Source of the DNA: Dehalococcoidia bacterium
Lineage (GTDB): Bacteria; Chloroflexota; Dehalococcoidia; Lucifugimonadales; UBA1127
Length of the DNA: 64,000 nt
Assembly: GCA_965261405.1 (NCBI GenBank)
Contig: CBDHDD010000002.1
Location: 499,395 to 563,394, forward strand
Reading direction: 5' to 3'
This document shows, piece after piece, positions 53,370 to 61,823 of this stretch. The position numbers and the translations under genes were made by a program. Position 1 is the stretch's first letter. Each line of letters starts with the position of its first letter. A model generated the notes under the pieces. That model was not told the origin of the DNA. It saw only the letters and a list, made by a program, of their open reading frames with translations, and did not search any database.

Positions 53370-55415
53370 CTAGTTTCCCGCGCCCTGGCCGCGTTGGCCC
53401 GCGCCCTGCCCCGCAGCCTGACGCTGCCGTCGAAACGCCTCCCTCTGTGCATCGGTGGGGCGCCCGCCCTGACCTAAGGCGGCTCCTCCAAGGCCTCCCA
53501 GTCCGCCGATCCGCGCGATGTTCCCGAAGTTCGGCCCGTCGCTGCCTCCGCCTGTCGATACCAGGCTTTCGCCCTCGTCAACCCCGCCCGTCACGACGAT
53601 CCAGAAGCCGTCAGACGCGCCCAGGGTGACCGCACGCTCCATGACTTCATCATCCACGCTAACGAGCACCGTGGGCTCCGCCAGCGTTCCGGCGATGGAG
53701 GTGGTGGGGATCAGCAGGACGTCCAGTTCCTGCTGCAACACGATATTTGCCGTGGCCGTCAGGCCCTCCCGAAGCGCCAGTTGCGGCGGAGTCCTCACGG
53801 ATATCTGGATGGGGTACGTGACCACACCCTGCTGGTTTTCTCCGGTTTGGGAGATCTCCCGGACCACGCCGGGCAACCCGGCGCCGGGCAGCCCGTCCAG
53901 CGTAATGAGCGCCTGCGCGCCCACCTGCACACTCAAAACGTCGATTTCGTCCAGCCGGGCGTCCACCTCTGCCACCGTGGTGTCCACGATCTCAAAGACT
54001 GCGGAGTTCGCGTTGTTGGCATTGATGCTTTGCCCTGCTTCGGCGTAAACGGCGCTCACAACTCCTGCAAAGGGCGCCACGATGGTCACAAATTCCAGCC
54101 GCTCCGTCGCGATCGTGAGCCCGGCTTCGTTCGCCGCAATCTGAGCCTCCCGCAACGAGACGGTGGTCTCGTCCGGAGGCTCGTCGAACGCATCGAGCTT
54201 CACCATGGCATCAGCCAGCATTGCCTTGGCCACTTCAACGTCGTGGAGCTTCACCTGGACTTCCAGGTCGTCCACATTCACGAAGACCTCTTCCAACTGC
54301 TCCTTTGCCTGTTCAAGAGCCTGCTCCGCCAGGTCAACCGCCTTCTCGCCGTCGTTCTCAGCCTTGGACGCAGCTTTCACTACTGTGTCCAGCCCACCCT
54401 GTGCTGCATCAACTCCTGTCCATGAACCCTCCAAGTCCTGTAGCACACAAACGTCCTGCGGGCTGACGTTGATGTCCAAACATGACCCGTAGATCCTTCC
54501 TGGATACAGGGCGATCCAGCGGTAGACCGTGAACTCGTCCCACGGCGTTTCCGGGTCGTCCAGCTCCGACACGGGTCCCGGCGCCAGCGGCAGAAGCGAC
54601 AACACGGCGTCCTCGAGTTGCACGTCGGAGAAGAACGTTGAGAGGTCAATGCCGTACGCAGCAAAGAACTCTTCTGGAGTCAGCCTGTAGTCATCCTCCG
54701 TGAGTGTCTGTCCCAAGAAGTTGTCCACCACTTCCTGGTAGTTGCCCTTGGCCGCTTCCAACGCGTCGGTGGCCTCTTGCACCGTGTCGGCGTGCTCGTC
54801 AATGGTGAATTCCAGGTCAGCTTGCGCGTCAGCAAGGTCCCCTTCAGCCGAGGTCACGTCGGCCTGGGCATCATCGATTTCTTCCTGGGTGAAGGGGTCT
54901 TCAACGTCATGAAGTGCATCCCTGGCCACTTGGATCGCAAACTCTGCCTTGGCAATCTCAGCTCGAGCTTGGACGAGGTCGAGTTCCGCGGGAGGCTCCA
55001 TGAGCTCCTCCAACGCATCAAGGGAACTCTGAAGGTCGAATTCCGCCTGGGCCACGTCGCGCTCCAGTACGGCAACGGTCTCGCCGTCCAACCGCGCGAG
55101 CTCCTGCCCCGCAGAAACGCTGTCGCCCTCCGCGACGAGAATCTCGCCAATGGCGCCCGTCGTGCCAAAGAAGAGCTGCTCGCGGTTGGGGAAGACGATG
55201 CTGCCGCTGCTGGTGATCTGGTTGACCAAGTCGCCGCGTCGCACTTGGACCAGCTGCTGCCCCTCCTCCAGGGCAACCTCCGCTCCCGCTTCCCCATCCC
55301 CTCTGTTCTGTAGATAGACAACCGCCGCAATGACGAGAATGATCGCCACCACCACCCAGATTGCGACCGCCTGCCCCGTGCTCATTCTGTTCACTTGGGA
55401 TACCAGTCCCACCAT
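53370..55415 (-). CDS. Efflux periplasmic adaptor (HlyD/MacA-like) with a very long coiled coil and a Gly-rich tail
   Basis: An N-terminal TM helix, 'GDSVSAGQELARLD', long heptad regions, and a beta-barrel/MP domain near the C-terminus. Confidence 0.8.
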   Translation of the reverse strand: MVGLVSQVNRMSTGQAVAIWVVVAIILVIAAVVYLQNRGDGEAGAEVALEEGQQLVQVRRGDLVNQITSSGSIVFPNREQLFFGTTGAIGEILVAEGDSVSAGQELARLDGETVAVLERDVAQAEFDLQSSLDALEELMEPPAELDLVQARAEIAKAEFAIQVARDALHDVEDPFTQEEIDDAQADVTSAEGDLADAQADLEFTIDEHADTVQEATDALEAAKGNYQEVVDNFLGQTLTEDDYRLTPEEFFAAYGIDLSTFFSDVQLEDAVLSLLPLAPGPVSELDDPETPWDEFTVYRWIALYPGRIYGSCLDINVSPQDVCVLQDLEGSWTGVDAAQGGLDTVVKAASKAENDGEKAVDLAEQALEQAKEQLEEVFVNVDDLEVQVKLHDVEVAKAMLADAMVKLDAFDEPPDETTVSLREAQIAANEAGLTIATERLEFVTIVAPFAGVVSAVYAEAGQSINANNANSAVFEIVDTTVAEVDARLDEIDVLSVQVGAQALITLDGLPGAGLPGVVREISQTGENQQGVVTYPIQISVRTPPQLALREGLTATANIVLQQELDVLLIPTTSIAGTLAEPTVLVSVDDEVMERAVTLGASDGFWIVVTGGVDEGESLVSTGGGSDGPNFGNIARIGGLGGLGGAALGQGGRPTDAQREAFRRQRQAAGQGAGQRGQGAGN

Positions 55416-55557
55416 GCTCTTCCTCCGGCAGCTCTACCTGACGACACATACACAACACAAGCGCAACTGGAAGGGGAAACGGTCTGCCCAAAGAAAGGTT
55501 AGTCGCATGCTATGGGCGCAAGTGGCACACATAGTCAAAAGCCGAGAACTCGCCCGT

Positions 55558-56187
55558 CTAGCCTGCGCCAACGCCCTCGCTCAGCACGCGCTCTACAACC
55601 TGCTTGAAGAAGTCATACGGGTGCGCCCCGGTGAAGAGGTACCGCCCGATGGTGAATGCGGGAATACCGTTGATGCCGTAGCTGATTGCCTGCTGGTAGC
55701 TTTCCTGCACGGCCTCCGAGTAGGTGTGATTGTGCAGCGCCTCTTCCAGCTTGCGGGGGTACAGCCCAACTTCCTCGGCAACGGCGGCAAGCACTTCCGT
55801 CTTCTCGATGTCCTCGCCGCGCTCCCAATAGGCACGGAAGACCGCGTGGTGGAAGGGCATCTCCAGCCCCATCGCCTTCGCGAATTCCGTGGCTTCCAGC
55901 GCGGGGCCGGTGTACGGAGTGTGTGGGCTGCGGCGCATGACAAACCCGGCCTCTTCGGCATAGGTGCGCAGCGGTTCGTTCAGTTCTCCCCCGGGGCCCT
56001 CACCGGGTCGGGGCTGTCGGTCCCTGCCGCCCGGCTGCATGTCCGGACGCAGGAAGAAGGCGCGCGTCTCAATGGTGACGGGGTACTCCTCCTGGAGCTT
56101 GTTCAGCCTGTCCAGGCCGATGTAGCACCAGGGTCAGATGTAGTCGGTCCACACGGTAATCGGAATTGTCTGCGCTTCGGTAGACAT
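55558..56187 (-). CDS. DsbA/FrnE-like thiol oxidoreductase with an in-frame TGA at the first CxxC position (candidate selenoprotein, otherwise a pseudogene)
   Basis: One frame reads 'MSTEAQTIPITVWTDYI[TGA]PWCYIGLDRLNKL...GINGIPAFTIG...'. The TGA is at 56134-56136. The family normally has D..CPWCY.G here. Confidence 0.7.
56091..56116 (-). promoter_or_regulatory. SECIS-like hairpin 17 nt downstream of the in-frame TGA
   Basis: CCUGGA-cag-GCU-[GAACA]-AGC-UCCAGG. This gives 9 bp with a 3-nt bulge. The apical loop contains a G. Confidence 0.45.
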
Positions 56188-56321
56188 GGCTGCCCCCTCA
56201 CACTTTCGCGCGAGTATACCACGCGGACCCCGCGAGACCCTAAAAATTCTTGACACCTTCCAGCCTCAGTTGGTACGCTTGTGAAGCTTTTATACCCATC
56301 GATCACTAGTTGAGGTTTGCT

Positions 56322-56669
56322 TTGCCTACGTACGACTACCAGTGCAGCAGCTGCAATCACCGTTTTGAGCTCCGGCAGGGATTTGACTCAGACAGGATGA
56401 CGGACTGCCCAAATTGCGGGCAGTTGGCCGAGCGGCAAATCAGCTTGGTGCCTGTTATTTTCAAGGGCAGCGGCTGGTACGTGAACGACTACGGCAAGAA
56501 GAAGAGCACGCTGGGCAACGGCGACGCGCCTTCGTCCCCATCGTCTGACGACGGCCACGGCCATAGTCACGACGACCATTCCCACAGCCACGGCGATCAC
56601 AGCCACTCCCACGACCACGGCGCCGCCCCTGCAGTCGCCCCCTCTGAGTCCTCCGGCTCGGACAGCTAG
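56322..56669 (+). CDS. FmdB-family zinc-ribbon protein with a His-rich tail
   Basis: 'PTYDYQCSSCNHRFE...CPNCG', then 'HGHSHDDHSHSHGDHSHSHDHG'. A TTG start at 56322 is preferred. Confidence 0.75.
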   Translation: MPTYDYQCSSCNHRFELRQGFDSDRMTDCPNCGQLAERQISLVPVIFKGSGWYVNDYGKKKSTLGNGDAPSSPSSDDGHGHSHDDHSHSHGDHSHSHDHGAAPAVAPSESSGSDS

Positions 56670-56675
56670 CCTCCC

Positions 56676-57143
56676 ATGCGGGCCCTGCTCCAGCGGGTGT
56701 CCTCCGCCTCCCTCCGCGTCGACGACCTACACCTTGGCAGCATTGGAGTTGGCTTTGTCGTGCTCTTGGGTGTCACCGAGGACGACTCCGTCGACGACGC
56801 CCGCCACCTCGTCGACAAGACGGTAAACCTGCGCGTCTTCCCCGATGACGAGGGTCGCTTCAACCGCTCGTTGCTCGAAGTGAACGGTAGCCTGATGGTG
56901 GTGAGCCAGTTCACCCTCTACGCCGACACCCGCAAGGGCCGCCGCCCCAGCTTCGTGCGCGCCGCCCAGCCCGAGGTCGCAGAGCCGCTCTACGAGCAGG
57001 CCGTCGCGCTGTTCCGCGAGGCGTGTCCCACGGTGGTGACCGGCGTCTTTGGCGGCCACATGGTCGTGGAGATCCACAACGACGGCCCCGTCACCATCAT
57101 GCTGGACAGCGCAGACCGGCAGCTTCCGCGGCGGGGTGCATAA
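56676..57143 (+). CDS. dtd: D-aminoacyl-tRNA deacylase
   Basis: 'MRALLQRV', 'VSQFTLYADTRKGRRPSF', 'NDGPVT'. Confidence 0.9.
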   Translation: MRALLQRVSSASLRVDDLHLGSIGVGFVVLLGVTEDDSVDDARHLVDKTVNLRVFPDDEGRFNRSLLEVNGSLMVVSQFTLYADTRKGRRPSFVRAAQPEVAEPLYEQAVALFREACPTVVTGVFGGHMVVEIHNDGPVTIMLDSADRQLPRRGA

Positions 57144-57251
57144 GGGACACGGGGCTTCAACAGTTGTTCCGGCAATCGTGGCAGTACAGAGGGTGGAGTA
57201 ACGGGGAGTCTCTTGGCTCCAAATGGGAGGCTTGTAGGAACCTCCCCAGCC

Positions 57252-58106
57252 TTACCCCCCGTATGAAATGTCCATGCTGATGTCCAGCGCCGGTGACGAG
57301 TGCGTAAGCGCACCGACGGAGATGAGGTCCACGCCGGTCTCCGCCACGGCCCGCACCGTCTCCAGGTTGATGCCGCCCGAAGCCTCCAGCAGCGCGCGCC
57401 CTCGGTTCAAATCGACGGCGCGGCGCATCAGCTCAAGGGACATGTTGTCCAGCAGCAGCAGTTGCGCCCCGGCGTCCAACGCCTCCTCCGCCTCTTCGAG
57501 CGTGGTGACCTCCACCTCCACCTTGATGGTGTGCGATGCCCGCTCGTGCGCCATGCGCACCATGTCGCCCAGCGACACGCCGCGCAGCTTCAGCGCAGCG
57601 ATGTGGTTGTCTTTGATGAGCACGCCGTCGCCCAGGTTCTGGCGGTGGTTGTGACCGCCCCCGCACCGGACGGCGTACTTTTCCAGCGCCCGCAGGCCCG
57701 GGATTGTCTTGCGCGTGTCGATAAGCGTGGCGCCGGTGCCCTCGACGGCCTCCACATACGTTGCCGTCGCCGTCGCAACGCCGCTCAGGTGTTGCATGAA
57801 GTTGATCGCGGTGCGCTCCGCCATGAGCAGGCTTGCCGCGGAGCCGTCGACACGCAGCGCGACACTGCCCCGCTCCATGAAGACGCCGTCCCGCAGCGCC
57901 TGTTCCACCTGCAGTGTCGGGTCCACGCGGCGAAAGACCGCGGCCGCAACGTCGACGCCGCAGAGCACACCCGGCTGCTTCGCAAAGAGCGTCGCCGTCG
58001 CCTGCAGGTCCTCCGGCACCAACGCCGCCGTCGTCGCGTCGCCGATGCCCAGGTCCTCCTGCAACGCCCGGTCTATCAGATCATGGATCTCTGGCGTCAA
58101 CAGCAT
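57252..58106 (-). CDS. nadC: Nicotinate-nucleotide pyrophosphorylase (carboxylating)
   Basis: 'DTRKT.PGLR', 'GGGHNHR', 'LLDN', 'EASGGI'. Confidence 0.9.
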   Translation of the reverse strand: MLLTPEIHDLIDRALQEDLGIGDATTAALVPEDLQATATLFAKQPGVLCGVDVAAAVFRRVDPTLQVEQALRDGVFMERGSVALRVDGSAASLLMAERTAINFMQHLSGVATATATYVEAVEGTGATLIDTRKTIPGLRALEKYAVRCGGGHNHRQNLGDGVLIKDNHIAALKLRGVSLGDMVRMAHERASHTIKVEVEVTTLEEAEEALDAGAQLLLLDNMSLELMRRAVDLNRGRALLEASGGINLETVRAVAETGVDLISVGALTHSSPALDISMDISYGG

Positions 58107-58109
58107 CGG

Positions 58110-58961
58110 CTACACCGTGAACTTCATCAGGTCTTCGCCAAAGGTCAACGTGCCCCTGTAGTCGGCGGTGATGACCTCGCGGGACCACGGCTCGTCAACG
58201 TCGCCCATGTGCGACGCCACCACGTGCGGCACGCCGGACTTGGCGGCGACTTCCGCAAGCCCGTGCGGGCACGTGTGCGAGTTGGCGATGCGCCGCGCGA
58301 ATTCCGTCAGCGGCTCCCGGTCTACCTCGTGGTAGTCGCGGCCGTCGGGCGCCGGGCCCCCGCGATGCTGCTGCGTCTGCATCAGCTCATGCACCAGCAG
58401 CCCCGCGGTGGAGGATGCTTCGATGATGGCGTCGCTCACGGCCGTGTCGCCGGAGATAACCAGCTTGCTGCTACCCTCCTCGAAGACGAACCCAAGCGCC
58501 GGCTTAACGTAGCCGTGCTCGACTTCCAGCGCCGTGGCGCGCCAGCCGTTGCCCTCAAAGTGGTCGCCATCGACGACTTCGATCACACGGACATCCATCA
58601 CGTCCTCGCCCACCCGGTCGCGGAGCCGCCGGATCCGAATGTCCTCTTCGTAGGCATGGATGAGCCTGTCCACGAAGTCCCGCGTCCGTGCGGGCCCAAT
58701 GATGGTGAAGGGAGTCTTGCGATAGCGTATCCAGCCGGTTATCAGGACGTGGGCCAGATCAATGGTGTGGTCCGAGTGCATGTGGGTGATGAAGATGTAG
58801 TCCAGATTGGTGGTGTCCTCACCCATCTCCACCATACGGCGCACGCAGCCATTGCCCGTGTCCACCAACACCGACTGCCCGCCGATGCGCAGGTGGTTGC
58901 TGGGTCCGGCGCGCTCGGGGCTGGGCATGGGTGTGCCCGTGCCCAGCAACGTCAACTCCAT
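58110..58961 (-). CDS. MBL-fold metallo-hydrolase (RNase Z-like)
   Basis: 'LLGTGTPMP' and 'IFITHMHSDHTIDL'. Confidence 0.75.
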   Translation of the reverse strand: MELTLLGTGTPMPSPERAGPSNHLRIGGQSVLVDTGNGCVRRMVEMGEDTTNLDYIFITHMHSDHTIDLAHVLITGWIRYRKTPFTIIGPARTRDFVDRLIHAYEEDIRIRRLRDRVGEDVMDVRVIEVVDGDHFEGNGWRATALEVEHGYVKPALGFVFEEGSSKLVISGDTAVSDAIIEASSTAGLLVHELMQTQQHRGGPAPDGRDYHEVDREPLTEFARRIANSHTCPHGLAEVAAKSGVPHVVASHMGDVDEPWSREVITADYRGTLTFGEDLMKFTV

Positions 58962-58976
58962 TGGTAGCCTCCCTCT

Positions 58977-60518
58977 CTAGTGCGCCGGTTTCATGAACAC
59001 CGTGTGCCGCTGCCACGCTTCAGACGTCTCGGAAAAGTCCGTTCTGAAGTGTGCGCCGCGGCTTTCCTCCCGCACAAGCGCCGATTCCGCCATCAGTCTA
59101 CCCAACGAGACCATGTTGGCAAGCTCCCGATCGCTGCGGTCGCCGCCGGGCAATGTCGCTGCCTCCCATGCCGCAAAGGTCCCGGCGGCCTCAGTCAGTC
59201 CCTCTTTCGAGCGGATGATGCCGACGTTGCTCCAGTTCAGCGCCTGCAGCTCCTCCAGCGACGGCTCACCCGCCTCTAAGGGCTCCGCCTGCAGTTCGTA
59301 CGCCCCCTCGGGCCGAGGGCCGGTCCACCCGCCCTCCAGCGTGCGACGGACGACCCGCTGCCCAAAGACCACCGTCTCCAGCAACGAGTTGCTCGCCAGC
59401 CTGTTTGCCCCGTGCAGGCCCGTGCACGCGACCTCGCCGCAGGCGTAGAGGCCAGGGAGTGTCGTCTCGCCGTCCGTATTGGTCAGAACGCCGCCCATCA
59501 TGTAATGCGCGGCTGGCGACACCGGAATGGGGTCTTTCGTGATATCCAGGCCGTGGGTGAGGCAGGTCTTGTAGATGCTTGGGAACCGCGCGGCCACCAT
59601 TTCCGAGGGCAGGTGCGTTGCGTCCAGTACTACATGACCCGCGCCGGTTCGCCGCATCTCTTCCAGCAGCGACCGCGACACCACATCGCGCGGCGCGAGG
59701 TCGCCCTGTGGGTGGTATCCAGTCATGAAAACGTCGCCGTGGGCGTTCCGCAACACCGCTCCCTCGCCGCGCATGGCCTCCGTAATCAGGAACGGCGGCG
59801 CGCCGGGCAGCCGCAGCGATGTGGGGTGGAACTGGTAGAACTCCATGTCCATGACCGCCGCCCCGGCCTGGTACGCCTGCGCGACCCCGTCGCCGGTCGT
59901 GACCTCCGGGTTTGTGGTGTAGCGATAGAGCCGTCCCGCGCCGCCGGTCGCCAGCACCGTGTGCGCCGCGTAGAACTCGACTTCCGCGCCTACGCCACCC
60001 ACAAGGCCCGCCACGCCAACAACCCTGCCGCCGTCCGCGTCCAGCAGCAGTCGAGTGGTGGTGACGTACTCCTGCACGCTGATGCGCGAGTGGTGCGCCA
60101 GCGAAGACAAGGTCAGCTCGATGCGCGCGCCGGTGGCATCGCCCCCCGCGTGGAGCACGCGCGGCATCCGATGCGCCGCCTCGCGTCCAAGCGACACCTC
60201 GCCGTCGGCCGTGTCGAAGATGACGCCGAGCCGCACCAACTCCGAGATGGCCTGCGGCCCCTGCTCCGCGAGGATTCGGGCCGCGTCCTCATTGCAGAGC
60301 CCCGCGCCTGCCGCGAGCGTGTCCGCCAGGTGGTAGCTCGGCGAGTCCTCCGGCCCGACAGCGGCGGCGATGCCCCCCTGCGCGTACTGCGTATTGCAGT
60401 CCGCGATGCCCCCCTTGGTGAGGATGAGCACACTCCCATGCTCCACCGCCAACAGCGCCGAGTACAACCCGGCAATCCCGCTGCCTATAACGATGTAGTC
60501 ATAGTGCTGTGTGGCCAT
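58977..60518 (-). CDS. nadB: L-aspartate oxidase
   Basis: 'DYIVIGSGIAGL', 'YAQGGIAA', 'HPTS', 'RGEG', 'LHGANRLASNSLLE'. Confidence 0.9.
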   Translation of the reverse strand: MATQHYDYIVIGSGIAGLYSALLAVEHGSVLILTKGGIADCNTQYAQGGIAAAVGPEDSPSYHLADTLAAGAGLCNEDAARILAEQGPQAISELVRLGVIFDTADGEVSLGREAAHRMPRVLHAGGDATGARIELTLSSLAHHSRISVQEYVTTTRLLLDADGGRVVGVAGLVGGVGAEVEFYAAHTVLATGGAGRLYRYTTNPEVTTGDGVAQAYQAGAAVMDMEFYQFHPTSLRLPGAPPFLITEAMRGEGAVLRNAHGDVFMTGYHPQGDLAPRDVVSRSLLEEMRRTGAGHVVLDATHLPSEMVAARFPSIYKTCLTHGLDITKDPIPVSPAAHYMMGGVLTNTDGETTLPGLYACGEVACTGLHGANRLASNSLLETVVFGQRVVRRTLEGGWTGPRPEGAYELQAEPLEAGEPSLEELQALNWSNVGIIRSKEGLTEAAGTFAAWEAATLPGGDRSDRELANMVSLGRLMAESALVREESRGAHFRTDFSETSEAWQRHTVFMKPAH

Positions 60519-60548
60519 GGTTTCCCTTACAGCCTTTAGCCATATGCC

Positions 60549-60576
60549 GTAGGGGCGATTCGTGAATCGCCCCTAC
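60549..60576. repeat. 13-bp-arm perfect palindrome, a variant of the REP-like family
   Basis: gtaggggcgattc-gt-gaatcgcccctac. It shares the gtagggg...cccctac ends. Confidence 0.75.
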
Positions 60577-60633
60577 AATAGAAGGCCCAGTGATACCAAA
60601 CTTGTCGCGATGAAACTGCAATCGGAGAATCGC

Positions 60634-61188
60634 TCATGGCAAGCCGTTCGCCCTCTTCCACTCCTCATAGCATGTGAGACATAGCGGCAAGTCTTGAACG
60701 GCGCTATGGTTTCGCAACCTGTTGGACTTACCACAGCGAGCACAGAACGTTGTGGCAGACGAGCTATCGGTGATGAGATTCTCAACTCGTTGCCTAATCC
60801 GATTCTGGCTAAATGCATCAGTTACTCTGTACGCCACTTCGCAGTTGCCAATCGAGTAGTCCGTCAGGTTCATCGAACTCAACAGAATTGTATCTTCATT
60901 GATGTACATCTTTGCGTGCAGATTGGGCACCGTGACACAATCTACCTTGTTGCTTCTTAGCCAGTTCACGTCAGGATGTCCCGAAAGCTTGTCCGCTTCA
61001 TCCTCACGCAGGATGAATTTGACGTCTACCCTTCTTTTCCTAGCTGCACGGATCGCCTTCTTTGCTTCATCCCACAGCCTCAGGTAAGGACTTACAACGA
61101 TGACCGACTCTTTCGCTTCGTGAATGATCTGGAGAATCCCCGGAGCAACTTGGGCATCCAAGTAGACTTCTCCGCCCTCATCAACCAA
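60634..61188 (-). CDS. Single-HKD PLD-family (Nuc-like) nuclease with a C-terminal Cys4 zinc ribbon
   Basis: 'NLHAKMYINED' plus 'LLSSMNLT' (HKD/GSxN-like). 'FCARCG...CLTCY'. Visibly AT-richer than the flanks. Confidence 0.65.
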   Translation of the reverse strand: MVDEGGEVYLDAQVAPGILQIIHEAKESVIVVSPYLRLWDEAKKAIRAARKRRVDVKFILREDEADKLSGHPDVNWLRSNKVDCVTVPNLHAKMYINEDTILLSSMNLTDYSIGNCEVAYRVTDAFSQNRIRQRVENLITDSSSATTFCARCGKSNRLRNHSAVQDLPLCLTCYEEWKRANGLP

Positions 61189-61207
61189 TTCCGCCTCCTC
61201 GTCACCC

Positions 61208-61672
61208 TCAGTCCAACTCCACCGAAAACGGCACCCGTCCCCGCAGCTGCGGCTTGCCGTCCGGCCACTCGTCCTTGGGCAGCTCGTAGACGACCTCGAT
61301 CTCGTTGCCGTCCGGGTCCATGAAGTAGATGCCGAAGCCGAGGCCGTGCTCGCCGTAGCCGACGATGGGCACCTCGTGCTCCTTCAGTCGACGGTGGAAG
61401 TCCCGCAGGTCCTCCAGCGTCTCCACCTGCCACGCCATGTGGTACAGCCCGACACGGTTCTGCTGCGGGCCCGGCGCGTCCATCCCGATTTCCTGCGTTG
61501 CGAGGTCGTGCGTGGTTGGCTCGTCGTCCGTAGCGTAGAACACCATGCCGGGGTATTTGGCCGTGATGTGGAAGCCCATGACCTCCGTGTAGAAACGCTC
61601 CGAGCGCTCTACGTCTCGAACGCGGATCACCAAGTGGGTCAGGCGCTTGATCCGTGCTTTGGTGGTTGTCAC
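61208..61672 (-). CDS. VOC-family (glyoxalase/extradiol dioxygenase-fold) protein
   Basis: 'LTHLVIRVRDVERSERFYTEVMGF', 'LYHMAW', 'YFMDPDGNEIEV'. Confidence 0.8.
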   Translation of the reverse strand: MTTTKARIKRLTHLVIRVRDVERSERFYTEVMGFHITAKYPGMVFYATDDEPTTHDLATQEIGMDAPGPQQNRVGLYHMAWQVETLEDLRDFHRRLKEHEVPIVGYGEHGLGFGIYFMDPDGNEIEVVYELPKDEWPDGKPQLRGRVPFSVELD

Positions 61673-61823
61673 CGGTGTCCCTCCTTGGCTTGTCCGACAT
61701 CCGTTCGCCCTGAGCTTGTCGAAGGGTGCCTAGGCTCTCTGGCGGCTTCCATCGCACCTATGGAGCGGGGGCGTCCATCGCGCCCCCTTACTCAAATCCC
61801 TCTGCATTCCCGCCTCCGCCGGC

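Noticed and set aside
57300-58967. 555-aa ORF on the + strand. The same applies to ORFs 42167-43063, 42774-44045, 43934-44767 and 46971-48667.
   Set aside because: All lie antisense to well-supported genes (nadC, MBL hydrolases, AKR, ribD/ribE). Their composition is typical of non-coding frames in GC-rich DNA.
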